Source: Octopus sinensis (taxonomy: Eukaryota). From it: DNA of 8,488 nt. The notes beneath the pieces are model-generated. The model did no database searches and was not told where the DNA came from. It saw only the letters and a program-made list of their open reading frames with translations. Position 1 is the stretch's first letter, and each line of letters opens with the position of its first letter. The stretch lies in the NCBI RefSeq assembly GCF_006345805.1, contig NW_021828438.1:1-8488 (forward strand), in the 5' to 3' direction. Below, in pieces: positions 1 through 7,364 of the stretch. Made by a program: the position numbers and the translations under genes.

Positions 1-60
1 TCTGTTTTAACACCCAATTTCAAAAATGCATGAACGTAATAATATTAAATATTAAGTAGA

Positions 61-195
61 AATATTCCGCCGAGGTTGTCTTTGCCTTTTATCCTTTCGG
101 GGTCGATGAAATGATATCAGTTATATACTGGGGTCGATGTAATCAACTTACTCCTCCCCTGAAATTGCTGGGTTGTGCCAAAATTTGGAATCAAT
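61..195 (+). mobile_element. 3' fragment of a second SINE family (family B), 5'-truncated
   Basis: Body ttccgccgaggttgtctttgccttttatcctttcggggtcgat...ctggggtcgatgtaatcaac...gaaattgctgggttgtgccaaaatttggaatcaat, recognised as a common octopus SINE body. A degenerate antisense homolog lies at ~6207-6297. No tRNA head present. Confidence 0.65.
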
Positions 196-335
196 GTGTA
201 GGAGAAATAAACAAAACACAGCATCACTCACTAATGGACACCATGTTAATGGTTTTAAACAAATTAAAGTGAACGGTGGAGAGTGTTTCATCTTTATGCG
301 TGTTTCCTTGGATTGAATCTGTGTAGGGGGGCATG

Positions 336-490
336 TTTAGGCGCGGCTGTGTGGTAAGACGCTTGCTTCCAAATTGGATTCGGGTTCAGTTCACTGCGTT
401 GCACGCTACATAAATGTCTTCTACTGTAGCCATTGGACTCTCAAAATCTTCATATGGATTGGTAGATGGAAACGGAAAGAAGCCTATCGT
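336..490 (+). mobile_element. tRNA-derived SINE family A, 5' half of an old host copy split by an insertion
   Basis: A-box-like cggctgtgtgg 344-354 and B-box-like ggttcagttca 383-393, followed by tgtcttctact...ggtagatggaaacggaaagaagcctatcgt. Colinear with the intact copy at 5414-5577. Confidence 0.85.
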
Positions 491-494
491 GGAC

Positions 495-861
495 TATTCT
501 TTTACTTGTTTCAGTCATTTGACTGCGGCCATGTTGGAGCTCCGCCTTTAGTCGAACAAATCGACCCTAGGACTTAACCTTTGTAATCCTAGTACTTATT
601 CTATCAGTTTCTTTTCCAGAACCGCTATGTTACAGGGACGTAAGCACACCAACATCTGTTGTCAAATGAGGTGGAGGGACAAATATAGACACACAAATAC
701 ACACACACACATACGACGGGCTTATTTGAGTTTCCATCTATGAAATCCACTCACAAGACTATGGTCGGCCCTTGGCTATAGTAGAAGACACTCAGCCAAA
801 ATGTCTCGCAACGGGACTGAACACGGAAACATGTGTTCATACTCTACGGCCACTTCTATGT
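495..861 (-). mobile_element. Near full-length SINE family A copy, antisense, nested in the host copy
   Basis: Reverse complement reads acatagaagtggccgt...gtgttcagtccc...gtgtcttctactatagcc...gaaactcaaataagcccgtcgtat(GT)n...gttcgactaaaggcggagctcc...gcagtcaaatgactgaaacaagtaaaagaata. Head-to-tail match to 5414-5825 with a ~15 nt deletion in the head. Confidence 0.9.
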
Positions 862-1061
862 CTATATATGTCTGTCTGTATGTATCAGTGGGTGTGTGTC
901 TTTGTGTCAGTGTTTGTCCCACCGATTGATGACCTGTGTTGGGTGTTTACGTTCCGGTAACTTAGCGGTTCACCAATATACTCCAATAAAATAAGTACAA
1001 GGCTTAAAAAATTAAGTACAGAGGTCAATTAGTTCGACTCAAAACTTCTCAAACCAGTGCC
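862..1061 (+). mobile_element. SINE family A, 3' half of the host copy that begins at 336
   Basis: Resumes with the TA/TG linker, then tgtttgtccc...gtgtttacgttccggtaacttagcggttc...aataagtacaaggctta...gaggtcaattagttcgactcaaaacttctcaaaccagtgcc. Terminal tail missing. Confidence 0.8.
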
Positions 1062-1436
1062 ATCTCTATATATACACATAATCCTTTCCGAGCCATGTTC
1101 GTTAAAGGAATTGTTCGTTACACGAGAAATTGAAATACATACAAATAGAAGAAATCCGTTCATGCCACTCCCCAAAGCCACATAAAAGTATATATTATAC
1201 CTTAGCGTTGATACAATAGAAAATCATGTAAAAGGTCGTATGTAGTGTGACTGCTCAGTTTGGTTTACCACTAAAACACCGGCTTGAACGGAAAAATGTG
1301 GTGCAGAAATTGGGTATCATGGGTTTAAGGTGTGGTTGATCATTGAGCGGAGGGACATAAATTATAACAGATTAGGAGCAAGAAAAACATTTAGCCTTTT
1401 TCAAGAACATTCATTTTATAATTTATAATATAAGTA

Positions 1437-1644
1437 TGTGTGTGTGTGTGGTGTGTGTGTGTGTGTGTGAGTTTTTGTGTCTGTGTCTGTCCACCACCAT
1501 CGCTTTACAACCGATGTTGGTGAGTTTACGTCCATGTAAATTAGTGGTTCAGCAAAGGAGACTCATAGAATAAGTACAAGTCTTATAAATAATAAGTTCG
1601 GTGAAAAAGGCATTGCTCCAGCATGGCTGAAACAAATAAAAGAA
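1437..1644 (+). mobile_element. 5'-truncated SINE family A copy starting at the (TG)n linker
   Basis: (TG)n, then ccaccatcgctttacaaccgatgttggtgagtttacgtcc...gaataagtac...tgctccagcatggctgaaacaaataaaagaa. Two internal deletions, one removing the terminal stem-loop. Confidence 0.85.
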
Positions 1645-1980
1645 CTGTGCAGAGTGGTTACAAATATGCACAAAAAAAAGAAAATGCAGAAATGCATAAT
1701 ATCCTTAATCGAGGATATTATTCGTTAGCAGTCTTTTGGGAAACCATGGAGTTCTCAGATAAATGTGTCTGGTATTTTCGTGATCGAAGAGTTAGTAAAG
1801 TTTCCAGGAAAGTCCCTGGCAAAGGATAATGGAAATTAACAGTTGCATCTTTGAATAGAAAGTGAATCAGATTTGGAAGGCCTTGGAAGAGTCTATTATT
1901 GGGCGAATGAGAAATATATGAGAGTATATAGAGATTAGTCTATGTAGTGAAGGGGTGTTTGACTTGGGGGTTAAAGGGAT

Positions 1981-2210
1981 GCATGTATACACACACATAC
2001 ATACAGAGAGAGACATACACATACACACACGCACTAACATATGCAAATACACACAGACACACACAGACACATATGCAGTGGCATATTCCTATTGATATAC
2101 ACACAGTCAGATACACACACTTACGCGGCCATACATACACATCCATACGTATGAGTTTAGAAATGGACAGATAAATGTCTGTTTGTACGCACAGACACAC
2201 CCACATACAA
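1981..2210. repeat. Degenerate CA/CATA-rich microsatellite tract
   Basis: Interrupted acacac/atacac/agacac runs. These explain the low-complexity ORFs in the ORF track. Confidence 0.8.
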
Positions 2211-2264
2211 ATTCTCGCATAGTCATCGTAGATAATTATAGAGAGTTAAATTAATTAAGTTATT

Positions 2265-2297
2265 AGAGGAGAGAGAAGAAAGAGAGCGAGAGGAGAG
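2265..2297. repeat. Short GA-rich purine tract
   Basis: agaggagagagaagaaagagagcgagaggagag. Confidence 0.55.
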
Positions 2298-2349
2298 TAT
2301 TGTTTAGTAATTAAGGACGAGTAAAAGCAGATGTATAAACACCTGTCGC

Positions 2350-2724
2350 CTCATTGTATATTTGACTACCAATGTGGCCAGAGTGATTAAATCGCCAAAC
2401 TGGAAATACCCAGGACCCGGATAGCGTACAAGGATATTGGCTGAAAATTTCCCCAGCAGTACACAGAAGAATAGCCAAGCAAATATATAAAATGATCAAC
2501 AACGGGGTACAAATCCCAAAGAGGCTGACCAAAAGTCAAACAATTCTTTGCCAAAATAATCCCAACAAAGCAATGCAGTGGATAATCACCGGCCTATCAC
2601 CTGTCTGCCCCTCATGTGGAAGCTGATGACAGGAATAATATCTAATTAGGTGTATGATTTCCTGGAAATAAATTACAAAGCACCAGTGGAACAGAAAGGG
2701 TACAGAAAGAATAGCCAAGGGACA
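2350..2724 (+). mobile_element. Non-LTR retrotransposon RT N-terminal region, R4/Dong-like (RLE class), pseudogenised
   Basis: Translation: IKSPNWKYPGP/DSVQGYWLKISPAVHRRIAKQ...[49 protein letters not shown]...PVEQKGYRKNSQGT. This matches the NWKAPGPDG..GYWLK, NYRPITCL and EQKG.R motifs. Frameshifts at ~2419 and ~2570, stop at 2647-2649. The clade call is less certain than the RT call. Confidence 0.9.
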
Positions 2725-2732
2725 CTTACAGA

Positions 2733-2860
2733 CTAATATGGCTTCAGAACGGAAAACGAAAAGGAGACAGTGTTTGTAAGCAACCGCACACGATCAGGCA
2801 TTCATAACTAACTACATAAAATCCAAAATAGACAAAAACCAGGCAAATTCCCAATGTAGA
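2733..2860 (+). mobile_element. Out-of-order C-terminal (pre zinc-knuckle) fragment of an R4-like element
   Basis: LIWLQNGKR/KETVFV/ATAHDQAFITNYIKSKIDKNQANSQCR matches WL..G.LK.ETE...AAQDQA..TNYIK.KID....CR, which precedes the CCHC/RLE region. Two frameshifts. Confidence 0.8.
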
Positions 2861-2884
2861 GACTTTTAACATGAATTCACACAG

Positions 2885-3521
2885 AAAAGGGAGTCAGCAG
2901 TGAAGGCCAGATAGCAAGAAAGTAATATCACTGAAGGCAGAGAATCATAAGTGCTTCGGAGTATTAGAATCTGAGAGTGTACTAACAATGGAAATGAAAA
3001 CAAAAATAGCTAAGGAGTACATCGGAAGGTTGAAGAAGCTAATGAAGGGAAAGCGAAGGGTTCTAAATCTAGTAAAGGTTGTAAAAACTTTGGGAAGTGT
3101 CGTTACTTCGGTATTCAGCAGAATTGTTGATTGGAAAACATCTGAATTAGCAAATCTAGACAGAAGAACTAGGAAGGAATTCAATATGAATAGAGGACTT
3201 CAGCCTCGATTAGGAAGAGCAAGATTGCACTTACTTAGAATAACGAAGGTGGAAGCGGTTTAATATCAGCAGAAAGTAGGGTAGAGTTAGCTAGAGTTGA
3301 TATATATAATAATGAATAAAATTTATGATTTGCCTGAGTTATAGTAGGATATAGGAAAGGAAAAAGCCAAATGAAATTAAAACAATAAAAAAAGTAGGAA
3401 GATAATCTAACTGACAAGAGAATGTATGGCAATGTCGATTGGCAAAGATAGTTGCAGGAAATAGTAATATTGAGACATGGTTATGGTTGCTGAAAGGAAG
3501 CTGAAAAGGGAGACAGAGTTC
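2885..3521 (+). mobile_element. R4-like RT C-terminal/thumb and post-thumb region, pseudogenised
   Basis: KCFGVLESESVLTMEMKTKIAKEYIGRLKKLMK...IVDWKTSELANLDRRTRKEFNMNRGLQPR...RLHLLR/NEGGSGLISAE (includes ORF 2988-3263), then DKRMYG (3413-3430) and ETWLWLLKG/LKRETE (3472-3518). These match YKYLG..E, LDRKTRK, RLY.PR..GGRGL and MHG..TW.WL..G.LK.ETE. Confidence 0.88.
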
Positions 3522-3536
3522 TAAGCAAAAATCAAT

Positions 3537-4388
3537 TGTAAGGTCGGACTTATATTCGGAGAGATCTATGAAAATTAACATCCACATCATGTGATGTATT
3601 ACAATAATGATTGCAGGTGTAGGTTTCAGGACTAATGATTGTCCATTACTTGAACGTTTGCGCTATCAGCCCTATCGTAAGCATTTGAGTCAATGATATT
3701 CCATTGTCTCACACCCTACCGTCTTAACCACGGAAAGACCACAACATACGATTTGATAAGTAAATCGACGGGATGATCATGACCGAAACGCCTCTAATCA
3801 TAGTCTTGTCATCATTGAACAACAAGCATTCTTTACAAATAACTGAAATATATTCTGCGAAACGAGGAAAATTGGCCGGGTTTCCATTTTAGTAACTAGA
3901 GCGATGAGGTCATATTTTTGAGCAGATATCGCCATCCCAATAATCGGTAAAAACAATGGCGTTTGTTTTAGAAAAGCGACAAGTAGATAAGAATATTCTG
4001 TGGGTGTTGTCAGGACATATGAAAAATAAAGTTTTGGTAATATAATAGAAGTCGAGGACATGAAATCGTGATTAAGGTCGTGATTTCAGATCCTGGGACG
4101 AGTGGTTTTGTGCGCAGAACATTCATCTTATGTTGCACAGCGACCATTTCAACACTCGACGTGTAGGAATGGTGACTAGCTGGAAAATGGATTTATTTTC
4201 CGGATATTAAAGAATTTCAGCCAATCACATACATCAAGAAAAAATACTGCCACTCTCGTTTTAAAAATAATTAGAGAATTATTAACAACAGGGTATTTCA
4301 TTCAGTATGCTTTTCGGATAGCACCTGGAAGGTTGAGACAAAAAACTTATATGAGGCAATAGAATATTCCGATAAGTGGATAAAACAT
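3537..4388 (-). pseudogene. Ionotropic glutamate receptor / IR-like pseudogene, copy A (S1-M1-M2-M3)
   Basis: Minus-strand motifs in canonical order: SPFL (4175-4164), KLYFSYVLTTPTEYSY (4034-3987), YWDG (3942-3931), QKYDL (3920-3906), NFPRF..YISVICK, TMIRGVSVMIIPSIYL (3804-3757), SLTQMLTIGLIAQ (3696-3658), PTPAIIIVIHHMMWMLIFIDLSEYKSDLT (3623-3537). The last aligns without gaps to AMPA-type [28 protein letters not shown] (P, W, I, S, Y, L identical). Many stops and frameshifts. Manual alignment only. Confidence 0.7.
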
Positions 4389-4693
4389 TTATTTCTGTCA
4401 AAAATTCAAACCGAAGTCATATTTGGGGCCGGCTGTATAAAGGTAAATCAATTTTTGTTACTTTTCTTTTAAGATTTAACATTTGTATCTACACACACAT
4501 GTATATATGATTTATTTTTCCCTCTCTCTATTCTTTCTATAACTATGCAATTAATACAATTAGTTTCCTGACGATCATTTGTCGGTGAGATTTTGTTCCA
4601 AGCAACCATAACGTTGTTACATGCACTTCAGAATTATTTCAAACATTTCTTTGTCCTGTTCATCCTATATATAGACTTTACATAAACACATAT

Positions 4694-5160
4694 GCATAGG
4701 CGTGGCTGTGTGTAAGAAACATGCTTCACAAGCAGATAGTTCCAGGTTCAGTTTCACTGCATGGCAATTTGGGAAAGTGTCTTCTACTATAACCTCAGAC
4801 CGACCAAAGCCTTACGAGTGGATTTGGTAGACGGAAACCGAAAGAAGTGCGTTCTATATGTATCTATATATATTGAAGCATATATGTGTTTGTGTGTGTG
4901 TGTGTGAGTTTGTTTGTTTGTGTATGTGTGTTTCTGTCTTTGCGACTATGTTTGTTACCCATTCATATCTTGACAGCAAGTTTTTTAAGGCCCCTCCTTA
5001 ACATTGCGGTTCGGCAAAAGCGGCCAATAAAATAAGTACTTGGCTTACAAAGAATAAGCTCTGATGTCAATTTATTGGGCTTAAAGGCTTTTGATATGGT
5101 GCTCCAGCATGACCGTGGGCAAATGATTTCAACACGTAAAGGAATTTAAAGAATAAGAAT
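4694..5160 (+). mobile_element. Old full-length SINE family A copy within unit A
   Basis: gcataggcgtggctgtgtgt head (A-box 4703-4713, B-box-like ggttcagtttc 4745-4755), TA/TG linker and tail gtaaaggaatttaaagaataagaat. Shares flanks and diagnostic changes with 6564-7066. Confidence 0.88.
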
Positions 5161-5240
5161 ACACCTTTATATGTGTGTGTGCGCATGCGTGTGTGTATAT
5201 ATATAAATGCGTATGAATATATAAATATGTACTTATATAC

Positions 5241-5275
<35 letters not shown>

Positions 5276-5366
5276 AGTGTTTTGCCTCGTACACATGTGC
5301 ATGATTTCCAACACACATGTAGACACACGCTCACATATACATTCATATATATATATATATATATAT

Positions 5367-5400
5367 GCGTAGGAAGTAAAGAAATAAAAGAGAGTAAAGA
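5367..5400 (+). mobile_element. Head-plus-tail mini-element (8 nt SINE head joined to a tail-like tract)
   Basis: gcgtagga, identical to 5414-5421, directly followed by agtaaagaaataaaagagagtaaaga, which resembles the family A tails. Confidence 0.45.
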
Positions 5401-5413
5401 AATATATATATAT

Positions 5414-5583
5414 GCGTAGGAGTGGCTGTGTGGTTAGTAGCTTGCTAACCAACCACATGGTTCCGGGTTCAATCCCACTGCGTGGCATCTTGGGCAAGTG
5501 TCTTCTGCTATAGCCTCGGGCCGACCAATGCCTTGTGAGTGGATTTGGTAGACGGAAACTGAAAGAAGCCTGTCGTATATATG

Positions 5584-5618
<35 letters not shown>

Positions 5619-5825
5619 GTGTCTGTGTTTGTCCCCCTAGCATTGCTTGACAACCGATGCTGGTGTGTTTACGTCCCCGTCACTTAGCGGTTCGGCAAAA
5701 GAGACCGATAGAATAAGTACTGGGCTTACAAAGAATAAGTCCCGGGGTCGATTTGCTCGACTAAAGGCGGTGCTCCAGCATGGCCGCAGTCAAATGACTG
5801 AAACAAGTAAAAGAGTAAAAGAGTA
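5414..5825 (+). mobile_element. Young, intact SINE family A copy
   Basis: tRNA-like head, linker (TA)n(TG)n, terminal hairpin cagtc-aaat-gactg 5787-5800 and tail agtaaaagagtaaaagagta. Inserted in an (AT)n tract and absent from the homologous site of unit C. Confidence 0.95.
5423..5476 (+). promoter_or_regulatory. RNA polymerase III internal promoter (A and B boxes) of the young SINE
   Basis: A box tggctgtgtgg 5423-5433 and B box ggttcaatccc 5466-5476, which matches GGTTCRANYCC. Spacing is tRNA-like. Confidence 0.85.
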
Positions 5826-5994
5826 ATATATATACATATATATATTTATATATATATATATACATATAAATATATTTATAGATATACATATATATATTTA
5901 TATATATATATATACATATATATATATTTATATATATATATACATATATATATTTTTATATATATACATATATATATTATATATATATATATAC
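5826..5994. repeat. AT-rich higher-order minisatellite
   Basis: (AT)n-AC-(AT)n-TT units. The tac anchors at 5833, 5861, 5885, 5913, 5941, 5965 and 5992 give periods of 28, 24, 28, 28, 24 and 27. Confidence 0.9.
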
Positions 5995-6206
5995 AAACGT
6001 ACGTACATACACACACTAATGTGCACACACACTCATACACACACACATATTTGTGCGTGTTTGTGTATGTATATATATCCTCATGCATTTTATATAACCA
6101 TACATGATTACATATGACCCCGCGTAGAAATTCTTCGTCCTAAAGTCCTAGATTGCCGCTTATAAAGTGGTTTCTGGGTTAGGTAGAATGCCAGGGGTTG
6201 TGTTTT

Positions 6207-6297
6207 GTGGGGGAGGTGGACAGTCGACTAATTGCAATTCAGCACCTCTGAGAAATGAAAGGCAAAGGGGAGTTCGACAGGAAAGGAACTCAGAATG
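6207..6297 (-). mobile_element. Degenerate SINE family B fragment, antisense
   Basis: ggggagg...agtcgactaat...gaaaggcaaag...gaactcagaa resembles the reverse complement of 61-160, with an internal deletion. Confidence 0.5.
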
Positions 6298-6563
6298 CGA
6301 ATAGATAAATCAATTTTTATTACATTTCTTTTAAGAGTTATCATTTAGATACACACACACAAATATATGATTTATTTTTCCATCTCTCTCTATCTTTCTA
6401 TAACTATGCAACTTAATAGAATAACGTTGTTCCTGACAGTCATTTGTCGGTGAGCATTTTGTTCCAAGCAGCAACCAACGTTGTTACACGCACGTAAGAA
6501 ATATTAGTTAAACATTTGATTGTCCTCTTCATCCTGTTTATAGACTTCTACATAAACACACAT

Positions 6564-7066
6564 GCATAGGCGTGGCTATGTGGCAAGAAGCTTGCTCCGC
6601 AAGCACATAGGTCCAGGTTTCGTTTCCCTGCTTGGCAACCTGGGAAAGTGTCTTCTACTATAACCTCGGGCCGAGCAAAGACTTGTGAGTGGGTTTAGTA
6701 GACGGACCCGAAGGAAATCCGTTATATATATATATATATACATATGTGTGTCTGAGTGTGTCTGTGGGGTATTGTGGTGCGCGCGCGCGGTGTGTGGTGT
6801 GAGAGCGTGTGTGTGTGTGTGTTTACTGTGTGCGTGTGTGTCTGTGTGACTATGTTTGCTACCCGTTCGCAGCTTGAGAGCAGTTCTTTACTCCCGCCTT
6901 AACATAGTTGTTCGGCAAAAGCGTTCAAAAAATATGTACCAGGCTTACAAAAACTAAGCCCAACTGTAAATTTCTTCGGCTCTTCGGCTTAAAGGCTTTT
7001 CAGGTGGTACTCCAGCAAGGCCGCAGTCAAATGACTTAAACAAGTAAAAGAATTAAAGAAGAGAAT
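6564..7066 (+). mobile_element. Old full-length SINE family A copy within unit C (paralog of 4694-5160)
   Basis: gcataggcgtggctatgtgg head, expanded TG/GC linker, ccgcagtcaaatgactt and tail gtaaaagaattaaagaagagaat. Flanks are identical in position to those in unit A. Confidence 0.88.
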
Positions 7067-7251
7067 ACACTATTTATATGTGTGTGTAGATCTCTGAATG
7101 CGTATGAATATTTTTATATATATATATATACAAATATGTGTGATCGTGTGCGTGTGTGTGTATGTGCATGTGTGTGTGTATGTGTGTGTATGTTAAAAGC
7201 CGAACACTTGTGCATGTACTCACACACACAGATGCACATAGACGCCCACAT

Positions 7252-7303
7252 ATACATTAATATATATATATACATTAATATATATATATACATTAATATA
7301 TAT

Positions 7304-7350
<47 letters not shown>
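7252..7350. repeat. 18-bp minisatellite (x3) followed by (AT)n
   Basis: acattaa anchors at 7254, 7272 and 7290, then near-pure (AT)n to 7350. Confidence 0.9.
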
Positions 7351-7352
<2 letters not shown>

Positions 7353-7364
7353 GCGAACGTACTC

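Larger units (their letters stand above)
3538..6080 (+). repeat. Local duplication unit A (receptor remnant + upstream region + old SINE + microsatellites)
   Basis: 3538-3954 aligns to 7693-8094 (about 90% by eye). About 4440-6002, excluding the young SINE, aligns to 6301-7362. About 5985-6080 aligns to ~8360-8486. Confidence 0.92.
6301..7362 (+). repeat. Local duplication unit C (upstream region + old SINE + microsatellites; receptor part absent)
   Basis: taaatcaatttt...atatgatttatttttcc...tttgtcggtgag...cataaacac...SINE...gaatacac...acatatacatt...aacgtac is colinear with ~4440-5350 plus 5990-6002. Confidence 0.92.

Noticed and set aside
1075-1960. Non-repetitive stretches 1075-1430 and 1645-1960, including ORF 1623-1829
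   Set aside because: No recognisable motif in the frames I examined. The ORF start lies in a SINE tail, and there is no match to the missing receptor S2 half.
2463-2719. Near-identical direct repeat acaga(a)agaatagccaag at 2463-2479 and 2702-2719
   Set aside because: Each copy encodes the residues expected at its own RT position in different frames (HRRIAK; YRKNSQ), so it is probably coincidental and not a target-site duplication.
2311-3432. Minus-strand ORFs 2311-2532, 2536-2718, 2945-3184 and 3235-3432
   Set aside because: Antisense shadows of the plus-strand retrotransposon coding sequence.
3765-3795. Hammerhead-ribozyme/Penelope-like motif gatga...gaccgaaacg, also at 7925-7947
   Set aside because: The core is cgggatga rather than ctgatga, stems I and III cannot be formed in both copies, and the sequence is explained as the antisense of codons GVSVMIIPS.
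3537-3810. Alternative reading as a Cys-loop / chemotactile receptor (IIPS, ISL, NTSHDVDVNF, VRPYY)
   Set aside because: The motifs fall in inconsistent order and spacing: N-terminal-like RPY lies downstream of TM-like segments. The iGluR alignment is colinear over S1, pore, M3 and S2.
3909-4989. Unit B as a spliced retrocopy of A (first missing block is GT...AG)
   Set aside because: That block is only 17 nt. The other three missing blocks lack GT-AG ends on either strand and instead show microhomology.
5414-5484. Possible tRNA gene
   Set aside because: It has A/B boxes but no convincing anticodon arm, and it continues into the SINE body in every copy.
5129-5653. Longest ORF (174 aa, minus) and the other ORFs over SINEs and microsatellites (374, 772, 1867, 1940, 1947, 5434, 5876, 7082, 8200)
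   Set aside because: Translations are dinucleotide-repeat peptides (THTH, YIYI, CVCV) or SINE sequence. They are not credible genes.
5401-5834. aatatatata on both sides of the young SINE as a target-site duplication
   Set aside because: Plausible but uninformative inside an (AT)n tract.
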